Below are positions 53,146 to 64,000 of a stretch of DNA of 64,000 nt, piece after piece. Origin of the DNA: Trichoplax adhaerens (taxonomy: Eukaryota > Animalia > Placozoa); assembly GCF_000150275.1 (NCBI RefSeq), contig NW_002060951.1:2528491-2592490 (forward strand). The letters run 5' to 3'. The position numbers and the translations under genes were made by a program. Positions within the stretch are counted from its first letter, which is position 1, and the number at the start of each line of letters is the position of its first letter. The notes beneath the pieces were generated by a model. It searched no databases and was not told the DNA's origin. It worked only from the letters and a program-made list of their open reading frames with translations.

Positions 53146-55765
53146 GTTACCGAAATCGATTCGCAATAGTAGCGGATTCCCCAGTATCTCTTCGAAGCAA
53201 TCTAAGCGAAAGGCATCCAGTGATGATGGAAGTCTCCTCGAAGAAGAGAGCAATCTGTACGACGTTTGTTAATAACTAACATATCAACTTTTAAATATCC
53301 TAAATACCATTGATGTGGTATTTTGAATATTTAAATGTAGATAGTTACAAATATTAGACTGCATAAGACGGAAATTTTTTTCAATTATTTTACTTACATA
53401 CTATAGTAGGGCACTTAATACTTACTTATTAGCCTTGGATCTGAATCTATACGTACTCGATGACGTAGATGTTAATAAATTCAATCTGATGCGAATATAC
53501 TACTGTATATTTGATTCATTACGATCCGTACAGTACAGTATTTTAGTTGCCTTACATGTTGTAATAAGTTTTAGTTATGATACTGGTAATTATAATTAAT
53601 TTGATTTTTTGGTGATGAAACATACATTCCACCCCATAGAATTAGAGCAATTATTACCCCTTCTTCATTGTAATATCTTGTGTGTAGTAGTTTATAAAAC
53701 ATTAAACATAGAAATTTTTGAACGTGATTGCTTACTTCCATTTATATAGAACGTAACTCACTTTGTCTATTTAGGGTTAGGCCAGCAAGGAAACAATTAA
53801 TATCTGAGGAAAAAATCGCAGCAAATTTAAGAAATTTGAGACTCGAAAATAATTATTCAAATGATACCGTTACTTATCAAGCGACTTTCGGTTCAGAAAC
53901 TGATACAACTAGTATTGCTCCTGAATCGAATTTATTGATTGACAGCAGCAAGCGTATAAATGGAAGACATTTTGACTGGCATACAGAAACGGAAGAGATA
54001 CCATATAATCAGCTTGCATCATCTATTAAACATGATAATCTAGGTGAAAAAATGGATTACTGTGGAACCCAAGACCTGGATGATGCTAACCGTTCCATGA
54101 AGATTACTAGCCGTGTACTAATTAAGGATCCTCTCGGAAATTTCGAGGATGATTCTTTTTCTGATGAAGAAATCGATCGGTTAGTAAGATTTTAATACGA
54201 CTAACCATTCCAATATCATATTAGGTCAGCATGCAAGCAACATCGCTATTGCATATCCTAAAATTAAATACGTACCATAAAAAAGAGAATCTAAAGACTA
54301 GACTCTGTCATGTACACTCATTGCATCGATTCTGTAATTTAGGTGTGAAGTGTTATGTCAAGTCTTGAATGTTGATTGATGCAGCGCAATATGTATTTCG
54401 AATGGCTGATCAGAATCTACTATAATGTATACAGCAGTTAATTCATAGCTGCACCAAGTTTATGATATAAGCAACATTGACGTACGCATATACGATAAAC
54501 TTAAGTTAAGCGTATATGCTTCTAGGGTTTAATTACATCAGAGTAAAATTTTTCAGTTAAACTTTAACTTTATGAGCTGTACAACTTATCGCTTCCCAAT
54601 AGTGATCACTAATTTGTTTAGACTTTAGGTAAAGCTCTTGATTGAATAGCAATTAATGCCTGAAGTAATAAAGTTTTCAATAAAACAGAAATACATTCAA
54701 GATTTATAGCATGATACTACTTATCTTATTTACTAGAAATCGCAATTCTGAAATTGTTGTTAATCGAGAAGTATTAGAGCGATTTCCTACCAGCGGAGAC
54801 TTACTAAAGGACTTCTTGCCGCAGATTTTAATCGAAAAATAGTGAGTAAAATGCACTTTAATTAGATAGTAACGTAATTTGCTGTTAAGGCTGGAATTTT
54901 AGATATTTATGTCATGATCTATGGTCATGGCAAGCACTTTTAAAAATCCTACAATTGTATTTATTGTATAAGGTTAGTGTATGAGCTAATGCATGAAGTT
55001 ATTATTGGGCTTTTATTAAATATCCTAAAGTTTAATTTATGCTCCTTATGTTATAACAGACTTTGTGGGTAAAATAATATAGATATTACAATGTTTCATA
55101 ATATTTAAACCATTTTGATCCGAAAATAGTTTATCTGTTAACTATTGAAACATTACTGAAAATTTTAAACTTTAATATTAAATGGAAATATTTATTTACT
55201 ATGGGACCACGTTATGAATTTTCGTACTTATTGGTATTGGTATAAAATATATTGGACCATATACTGTACCTCTTACACTATTTTATACTTTGCATTTTGA
55301 AAGTAATAAACCATGTTTGGAATTAATACCTTATACTCCGCAATCACAATTTATCCATAATGTCCTAAAGCAAACACAAGCGGTAAAATATTATTTTAGA
55401 AATCTCATAGGAGCTTCTTTATCACCTGATAATATCTTGATCTTAGGATTTTTCGATTAACTAATTGTAGAGTACGAGCACTGCCCAAAAAATGAGTTTA
55501 GAAGATTGTAACGAATTTTATACTCCTACAATTGATGATAAAGAACCTAATTCGGAACGTGATGTGCTTGTTGGGTAAGACAGTTTAATTTTTTTGCAAT
55601 ATCGAACGAAATATAAAACATCTATTGCATTAATCTCAATATTCTACTGCATGATCTACTGATACTTGTCATCTAATACATTATTAAATTGATTTACGAA
55701 GGGGTGATGAAGAACTTGATGACTACGACGATCTAATTGATGCCGATTATATGGATTTTACCTGA
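53146..55765 (+). CDS. CCDC117/HCFC1R1(HPIP)-like protein; 5' end uncertain, probably upstream at about 52400-52910
   Basis: Spliced KRKASSDD...VRPARKQLISEEKIAANLRNL (HPIP-like KQF.SEE.MA motif), NKPCLELIPYTP (CCDC117-like RP.MELVLW.P motif), and an acidic C-terminus ending YMDFT*. Confidence 0.55.
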
Positions 55766-56959
55766 CGGACTTCTTACACCCGATATCTGTCATTAGCAAG
55801 CACTGCATATTAAGTTTCTAGTAACACAAATGCAATTATGTTTAACAGTTTTAATTATGTTTGAACGTGATTAGGAAATACTGTTTAAATTGGGCATTAT
55901 AGCTAGAATTAAAAGTGGACCTTGCCGTAACTTTACTTACATGTACTGTATATGTTATTTTATATTATTACTTAATGTACCGAATTCTTTGATATGTTTT
56001 TGCAAATTGAGTTAATATGACTACCACAATTAACAATAAACTGGCATGTAGTAGTTATATATGTACTGATCCTCTTCATGAAAATGTTCAATGTATTGTG
56101 GATGAAAATTATTCATGGTTAAGTCACTCTTTTTCGAAATTTCTTCACCTTTTTTTCCATATATACGTAAAGTATTATAAATCATTTTCAAAGGTTGTGA
56201 CTTTCTAGCTACAAAAAAATATGAATGAAGATCTATGCCTTCTACTATGCAGTATAAACGTGATAAAATAATACTAATCCGGTGCATGTGCATTTTATAT
56301 ATCACTTTTCGGTAACGCCATAGGCTAGTACAAGTTCTTAACAGTTAATTTAGTCCTTGGACTTAAAGACAACATACGAGAGATCTCTATCTGCTGTAGC
56401 TGTTACTGCAATTTTATTTCATCGGATAATTTGGAAATATTCTGGTAATACTTAAAATGTTATCTAATTAATTATACAGTATAATTATCAAGTACAAACT
56501 AAAATATGTGAATATGTGATTCATCCAATTATCTACAGTACATTATTATACACATAAGCACATATGGGAGCTAATTTAAAATATGAGATTTTTATCAGTT
56601 GAAATAGCAATAGCATTTTTTCTTTTAATATCAGCATTTTCCTACATTTTTAAGTTCATAAGATTATTTTATACTTTACAGTAGACATTTCATATGGTAT
56701 AGTACAATCTACATGGTTCGAATCATCTTAAGGGTTACGAAATCAGCACAAATGTCTAATTTCACTAGATGCATAGTATATGAAAGTCTCACTGTTATGA
56801 TGGGCCAGTAAGCGTTCATACAGTACGCACGCCTAAGCGTCAATGTTATACAGGTAGTGTTACATAATGACTCAGTTCCAGATTTCGGTTCGGTTCGTGA
56901 GGATAGCAAGAAACAGCGCAGTGATAACACATTTTAGACTAGCGATTACGAAATTTTTA

Positions 56960-57226
56960 TTAACCAAGGCTAACATCAGTTTTTTTTAACTTGCTTGCGA
57001 CAATACTCTTTAAAACTTGCAATATTGCATTGGGTTGTACATTAGCACGAAGAAGATCTAAAATTGTCTTGAAAACGTCTTTATTAATCCAACAACCAGA
57101 TAATCTGCAAAGAGTATAAAGTTCATTATCTATAGTATGTCCAGAGATTAAATTCCCATTTGCACTTGCAGACAGTGTGGCTTTACTAACGCTGACTTCA
57201 TTTACCAGGAAACTTTGATCTGACAT
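56960..57226 (-). CDS. MZT2: Mitotic-spindle organizing protein 2 (MOZART2)
   Basis: ELYTLCRLSG..I..DVFK.ILDLLR.NV.P.A..Q.LKS matches the MOZART2 core. Single-exon ORF. Confidence 0.85.
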   Translation of the reverse strand: MSDQSFLVNEVSVSKATLSASANGNLISGHTIDNELYTLCRLSGCWINKDVFKTILDLLRANVQPNAILQVLKSIVASKLKKTDVSLG

Positions 57227-57639
57227 GCTAGAATCCTTAGTCTTTCCTTTATAAATGTTTAATAAATTTTCAACTGGTTTGCAATAGCTGGTCGGATCTA
57301 TGGCTTTCCGTTTAATAATAATAATAATAATAAATAATTATACTATACTGTACAGTGTACAGTATACAGTACTGTAGATTGCGCTTTACAGTACAGAGAA
57401 AGGGGTTTTGCAGTACTGTACATTACGGTAAGGATGATTACTGGACTGTGTAGTACAGTACTGTACTATGTTGTGTATTACTATCTACAGTACTGTAGTG
57501 TTAATACCAACAACGGTATTGAAAGTTCTTCCTACTCAATGTACTGTATTCATAGCATAGAGAAATTGAACACGTAGTTGAGGTTATTGTAAAACTAACT
57601 AACTACTAACTCCTACTCTCTCTTTATTGTATTGAAAAA

Positions 57640-57780
57640 CGGCGGCTGATATGTTACGGCCAACGTCGGTAATCCCAGCGTTTACTACGACGTTACCGGT
57701 AATGACGCCCGCGTTACTACGCCATTACCGGTAATGACTGGCCACTACTGGTATTACGCGGTATTAGTACGCGCGCCGTT
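57640..57780. repeat. GC/CpG-rich degenerate ~31-bp tandem repeat with TTACCGGTAA palindromes
   Basis: Units ggtaatcccagcgtttactacgacgttacc / ggtaatgacgcccgcgttactacgccattacc / ggtaatgactggccactactggtattacgc. Confidence 0.75.
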
Positions 57781-57851
57781 CACATTTATAAGACAATGTA
57801 ATTGCAAGTTTGTGTAACAGTAGGTTCATTATACTATAGTAGTGTCGTAAG

Positions 57852-57922
57852 GAAGTGTTTGAAACAATATTTTGACGAAATGAGGCAGAAAATGTCCGTC
57901 CATCCAAGAGTGATCATTACAG
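57852..57922. repeat. Copy 2 of the dispersed 71-bp promoter element
   Basis: 58/71 identity with 12707-12777. Confidence 0.85.
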
Positions 57923-58032
57923 TAAATTTGCTGCAACGTACTGTACGTACAGTACAGTACAGTAATTCGTAAACACTGACAGAATGGGTCGACTGTACTG
58001 GAAGAGAACGGAGTAGTCCATTCTGACTGGAT

Positions 58033-61000
58033 ATGGACTTCTTCGAAGATTGCGTATTTGAACAAAATGCAGAGACAGATAATGTGACCGATTTTGTCCA
58101 TGCTACTTCGATATGGATTAATCAGCCACATGTCGTAGACAAACGGCTTAACTGTGCTATCATCGAAAAGACATTAAGTTACAATGAATGCATCGAATAT
58201 ATGCGGCATTTGTGTAAGGATAAAAAATTGAATCCAGATTGGCAAAGATATATCTCGACCTTGCAAGATGGTACTCATGTTAACCGTGACGTAGAATTAC
58301 AGATCTTCATCAGGAAATTGATTCCAAAAAGAACTGACATTTTTTCATCTACTTCTGAAATGGTAATCCTAGGTCAGTCTTATATTCGTAATATATACAC
58401 TTCTTATTATGGATGCGAATGCATGCTATGCTTAGCGTACGTATAAGTACAGTATATGTGCACTCCTATACATCGATGCAAACGGACAGTGTACTGTATT
58501 ATAGGAATAAAAATCATACCAGTACCTAAAGTAAATTTAAAACAACCTCGAAAAAGGAAATGTAGTGCTACAATACTCATAGTTTTAGTAGTGATTACGT
58601 TGAATATTACCAACACGACGAATGAACATTTGTTCATGTTGGGTATAGGATCAAAATTATTATTATGGAATTTACAGTGCATGATCTGAAGCTTTCTCGA
58701 GATGTGTACGAATTAATGACTCCACATGTTATGATTTCATAGCCCTGTATTCTTGCCTAGCTTACATTATAACATTTCTCGTTATAGTGCATAAAATGCT
58801 CGTGATATTAACCCTGCTAGCAAACTGTGTTTTTGATATTTATTTTTATTATGCGTAGTAATGTTGGATTATGCAGCCTACAGTGTGCTGAGATTTTGTT
58901 CGATACTTAAATACAGGATTTCGTCTACTTTATCTAATAGGTGTAGATGGTGATAATGCTTACGCAAGCTTCATCGTGTTGCCATCTGAAAATAGCTGTG
59001 CGTCCTCTTATAATTATCAAGTCTCCTTCCGATCTGATTTAAACAAGTGTAGGTACGACTCTAGCAATACTGTAATTATAATATAATTATAGTTTATTAA
59101 TGGAAAGTTACGTATCATATATATATATATACTCGTATCAACGATACTATAGCAACGTAGAAAGCGTAATACGCGTACATACGACTTGCCAAGAAAATCT
59201 TTTCAACTGCTAGAGGTTCCGTTACAAATGATCTATAACTGCAATTGGTCAATGTATAGGATACAACTTAGATTGACATCTTGTCCGAATCAACAACGTT
59301 CCCTCCACTATTTGTCTAAAAAGCCGAGGCAAACAACTGAGTGGCTGAAGAGTCATTTAATGCCTAAACTAATTGCTTGGACGGAGCAACAAAGTATTTC
59401 GCGTTTAAGCAATAAAACACAGTTTCCTGTAACTACTTCGATATCCCTGGTAGAAAAAGAAGATTATGCGACGCTCTACCAAGACCTGAAACTGAAGTAT
59501 GGGAAAAAGTGGATTCAAGTATGCGCTATCGGGGCTTTTTTAGCCAGAATGATATCAAAAGCCTGTATTCCGTACAAAATTTGTTCTACAAATTATCGTT
59601 ATATCACTGATTACGCAAACCATCACTTTCTGACTAAATTTAAAAACGTATAGATATGGCCGGAGAAAACGGATCCGTTTAAATTTGTGTATGAAGATGT
59701 CTCTATTGCGACATACATCTTGGTTTGTGAAACATGAAACGATATTAGGGTGTATGATAAAAATATTTTTAAGTCACTCTGATTGACCGATTTCTCCTTA
59801 CATACTAGCTACTATGGAAAGCAGAAAGAGAAGAAAAAGGAACAAATGAGTTACAATCCTTTGTTGACCTAGGGTGTGGTAACGGACTATTGGTTCATAT
59901 ACTGCGATCGGAAGGGGTAAAGTCCTGGCAGATACGGTCGCTATACTTCAGGACGACTTAAATTAATTATAGTGAACATCTTTTTAGCATCCTGGGAAAG
60001 GAATTGATATTAGACGAAGGAAAATATGGGATTTTTATGGTAGTGATACAGTACTGGAGGTATATGACCATGCAGTTATGATTACTTATTGATGTATTTG
60101 ATTAGTTTGTTATTTGGGTAAGAGAGGATATGCTACTTTCTAAGGTTAAGGCATTTGTTCCCTCAAATGAGAGTATTTTCTCAGAAACTGATTGGATAAT
60201 CGGTAACCACTGTGATGAGCTTACTCCGTGGATACCAGTGATTGCTGCAAGGTACAGTAAAAACACGTATTTACTCCCACTAGAATTAAAGAACATACTC
60301 TGACGTTACTTACACTAATCATTATTATGCTTTAAAGTCGTTTGAGCATTCATTGCTATTTGTTTAACTTGTAGATCTTCCTACAATTGCCATTACTTTG
60401 TTCTTCCGTGTTGTCCATATGACTTTAATGGAAAGGTTTCAGTTAAACTACCAACGTATTAATTCTAAAGATATATAATATGGACGTGATGATAATGTAT
60501 AATACATACTTCTTTTCCAAAGCAACAGACACACAATATCACTACAATACGCAGTCATTTATGTAACGCAATATCACCTTTCAGGGACTTTATTTTTAAT
60601 TTTTCTTTACTATTAGTTTTCAAGGCGGCATGCTAAAGAAAGTCAATATAGAGCTTATCTTAACTACATTTACAACATAGGAAAAACGTGTGGATTTGAT
60701 GTAGAAGAAGATCGACTTCGATTACCTTCGACTAAAAGAGTAAGTGTTACACTATGAATGATGAATAGTCAGTCATTGCTATCCTAAGAGATATGAGATC
60801 AAACGTTATTTTTACAACCAATACGAAGAGTGTTTGCTTCCAGCAATATGTCGTTTACGCTAGATTTGCCATATTGGTCGCAAAAGGACGTATGAATTTT
60901 CAGAAAGCGCAACTCAAAACCGAATGATTTCTGAAATGTTGTCTAAGGTTCCTTCCACCTCTTCTAATAGAGTTTCTCTAGAACGAAAGCATATTAATAG

Positions 61001-61955
61001 TAGCGACGATAAAATGAACGCTGATCAAGAAAAAATCGTGATCAAACCCGCTGAAAATGATGCTGAGCATCAGCAATGGTCACGAAATTTTAAACCAAGA
61101 GAACCTATAGAGCTAACTAGTAATTGCAAACAGTTAAGCAGAAGTTTTAAGGATGAATTTGCATTTGCTGTAGCTAGCAGGTTGCTGGAATTACCATCAA
61201 AACGGGTATTAAAACCGATGACCGATGATCAAGAAAACGACGATGATAGTGATCGTGTCTGGAATAAAGGCGGTAAGTTATACCTTCAATTCAATTCCAA
61301 AAGAATAGCATAATTTTATACTGATGAACTTATTTCTTTTGCATGATATTAAAGGCGAGTTAACTTTAGATGCTGTAGCCTCATTATTTGAAAAACCCAC
61401 TATGCAGCAACTTAAGAAAGAATGTGGTGGTATAAAGACTTTATTGAAGTTATTTCATCAAGTTTTCATTGGTAAAGTGATGAAATCTAGCTTACCGTAT
61501 TAAAATTCTATGCATTATATTAGCTATTCAACCCTAGCTAGCAGTCAGCTGAATATTATAGTATTCTGTAATATTATGTGCTCACAGTTTAACAGTAATA
61601 GGTCGTGCCCGGTAGATCGGATGACCTTGAGTTTTCTAAAAGTACTTCTCAAAGTAGTCAGCTTATTGCATGTATTGGATAAGCAGGTAAAGCTAATTTT
61701 ATTCCTTCATATTATTATTTTATATTGCCTCAAGTTTCTGGTAATAAAGTAAAAATCAGAGACTGGTCATCGAGCGAAATTAGTGATCACTGTTGTTATA
61801 GTAAGTGTAAATCCGAGAAGGAAAAGCTGTATAAAACTAAACTATGTTGGTTCTATACTCATCACCCTGATGGTTGTCCCCTTAATGCCAGTACATGTTC
61901 ATATGCACATGGTGAAAGCGAACTAAAGGAAAGACCAAACTTTAATTCTTCTTAA
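58033..61955 (+). CDS. TRMT44: tRNA (uracil-44 2'-O)-methyltransferase
   Basis: Spliced YQDLKLKYG..W...WPEKTDPFKFVYEDVSIATYIL, FVDLGCGNGLLVHIL, DWIIGNHCDELTPWIP, FVLPCC, LRLPSTKRIC, and a C-terminal C3H zinc finger KTKLCWFYTHHPDGCP...CSYAHG. Confidence 0.95.
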
Positions 61956-62438
61956 TGCAAAACATACGTACGTCAAGGATAAAATATTGGGACATTTACT
62001 ATAAGTTGTGGCTATTAAGATTTTTGTAATTGTCTCATCACTCACATTACTTTATAAAGCACTGTCTGCGTACTAGAGTACCGTGATACAATGGAAGTTT
62101 TCTGTAACCCATAATTATACTATTAAAATTTTGTTTTCGATGAAATGCTGTAGTGAAAATTGATTTATTTAAATCAATTCCTCATTTGAATTGCCGATTA
62201 GATTCTTTACCATACATTGGGGTATTTACTATTGTACCATAGAGGTTTATTCACCTCTGTGTTTCGTACAATAAGTTTCTCTTTCGCTATTTCTATGGTT
62301 TCGTACGATTTGTAACTTATTATCTGTCATAGAGAAAAGCTATTCTTGAGTTTTTGATATTGTAACCAACTGTAAGTTTTATAACGAAGACCTTAAACAG
62401 GCTAAAAAATCAAAACCGATCCGAAGTTTGTCTAGACA

Positions 62439-62653
62439 TACTGTACTGTACTGCTGTAGTGTACAGTAAAGCTGATGTTAATAGAAATAGCTATTTACTA
62501 GTAATGCATACAGTACAGTAGCCTGAATTCGGCGGGTTTTTGAACTTATAGTACTGTACAGTACTGTACGTACATTACAGTACAGTGTGTACAGTATGTA
62601 ATAGGTGTTCAGGAGACTCTAAGGACACCACAAAACAGCAATACTGTACTGTA
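62439..62653. repeat. (CAGTA/CTGTA)n array, probably marking another promoter
   Basis: Direct inspection. The associated gene was not identified (assembly gap and window edge). Confidence 0.8.
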
Positions 62654-62839
62654 CTTTTTAGATAGTCGTTACGCAGATTTTCCCGAAGCAAGTTCACTTG
62701 TCAGCAAAGCGACGGGAGTTTGCACTAGTATTAATAAATCATGCGACTGCTTAATAATTGTAAAATCGTTTGCATGCAGGCCTCTAGACTGTGTCACTAT
62801 CACTACCTGGATAACGCGAAAGGAACTCTAAGATCGTAC

Positions 62840-62889
62840 NNNNNNNNNNNNNNNNNNNNNNNNNNNNNNNNNNNNNNNNNNNNNNNNNN
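62840..62889. other. Assembly gap (50 N)
   Basis: Run of N. Confidence 1.
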
Positions 62890-64000
62890 CTTTAGTTAGA
62901 TATGGTAATCGAATCAAGAAATATTAATGCAAAGTTATTTCAACGATACCTCAACGATATCGAAATATCTAAATTTTCCTTCTTTAATATTAATTAGAAT
63001 AACGGCAATCTTGTTATAAGTTAAACCTTCAGCGTGTTACGTATAATTATTGTAATTTTATAACTCCAGATCAAAAGTTGAACATAGATTATATAGCGTC
63101 ATGTGTGTAATAATGCATAAATTTTCTCAATCTCATAAAATGAATACGATAAATGTACCTGTATATAGTCAATAAATTTTAATGTTTACAGCTTAAATAC
63201 TGAAGCAAAGAATTCACATATCGATGCGAATACAATTTAAATAAATAGTAAGACTAGCGTTTGATTTTATAGAATTGCATATACGTCACGTTAAAGTTAT
63301 TAATAGAGCAAATCCTAGTTGCGTAAGTATTTTATTAATTGATATTTTCAAAAACGAGCCCCAAAAATTACATTAACAACTTAACGTGAATGGTGTAGTT
63401 TTCGGCGTGTACGTATATTTTTATGAGGGCTTTATAATAGTATCCGAGAGGAAATTGGAACTCCGTATCAAATACTTAGGTATCAACTGCAGATGTTTTT
63501 CATGATATGCTACATTCTCTTGCAAATTAATGACAAGCTTACAATTAACTACCCATTGCTTATATGTTACCTAAAATATACTTTCAGAATAATCAAATAT
63601 ATTAGCTATAACGTTGTATTCTAAATTGAAAAAATTTTTATGTTTCCTATAATTTCTTAGCTGACTTTATAGGAAACATTTTTACCGTATACAGCGTAAT
63701 AATTTCAAATTTGCGAAGGTATACATATCTGACCATTAACAATTTTCTAAAATTTTATTATTAATTTTTTATTTTGATCTTTATAAATATGTAAGGGGGC
63801 AATAAAGATGAAAGTGTTTTATCAGCTTTAGTTTACGCTATGAGTAGAAAGACTGCCATCCATTAAATCAAACAGCTTCAACTGATAATTTCACTACGTC
63901 TGAAAAAGTAACAAATTTAATACTTGACAAAGTAAATAATGATAAGATGGCTGATTTAATGTTATGTACATCATCTCAGTGGATGTAAAGTTGATCCTTC

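Larger units (their letters stand above)
57340..57963. repeat. (CAGTA/CTGTA)n arrays in the MZT2/TRMT44 bidirectional promoter
   Basis: Arrays at about 57340-57500 and 57938-57963. Confidence 0.9.

Noticed and set aside
57640-57780. CRISPR-like spacing of repeats
   Set aside because: Eukaryotic context, degenerate tandem units without unique spacers, and no cas genes.

Overview
AT-rich, intron-containing animal genomic DNA. Compact introns and gene content suggest a placozoan such as Trichoplax; this is an inference. Genes in order: 5' exons of an ANKRD27/VARP-like gene (-), an NB-ARC/STAND NTPase-TPR gene (+), SMARCB1 (-), CDK10 (+), five FABP/iLBP paralogues (four +, one -), MVK (-), trichoplein (+), tRNA-Phe(GAA) (-), a CCDC117/HPIP-like gene (+), MZT2 (-) and TRMT44 (+). 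A 50-N assembly gap lies near the end. Main finding: the tRNA-Phe gene is otherwise intact but has a 29-nt insertion in the TΨC loop. This folds into a bulge-helix-bulge-like motif with both predicted cuts at position 58/59 and preserves the Pol III B-box, so it is a candidate archaeal-style non-canonical tRNA intron in an animal. Other findings: every head-to-head housekeeping promoter carries mixed TA(CAG/CTG)TA arrays matching iterated Tc1/mariner excision footprints; a 71-bp element is shared by two bidirectional promoters; a 139-nt hairpin sits in SMARCB1 intron 1; and several FABP paralogues have unusual features.
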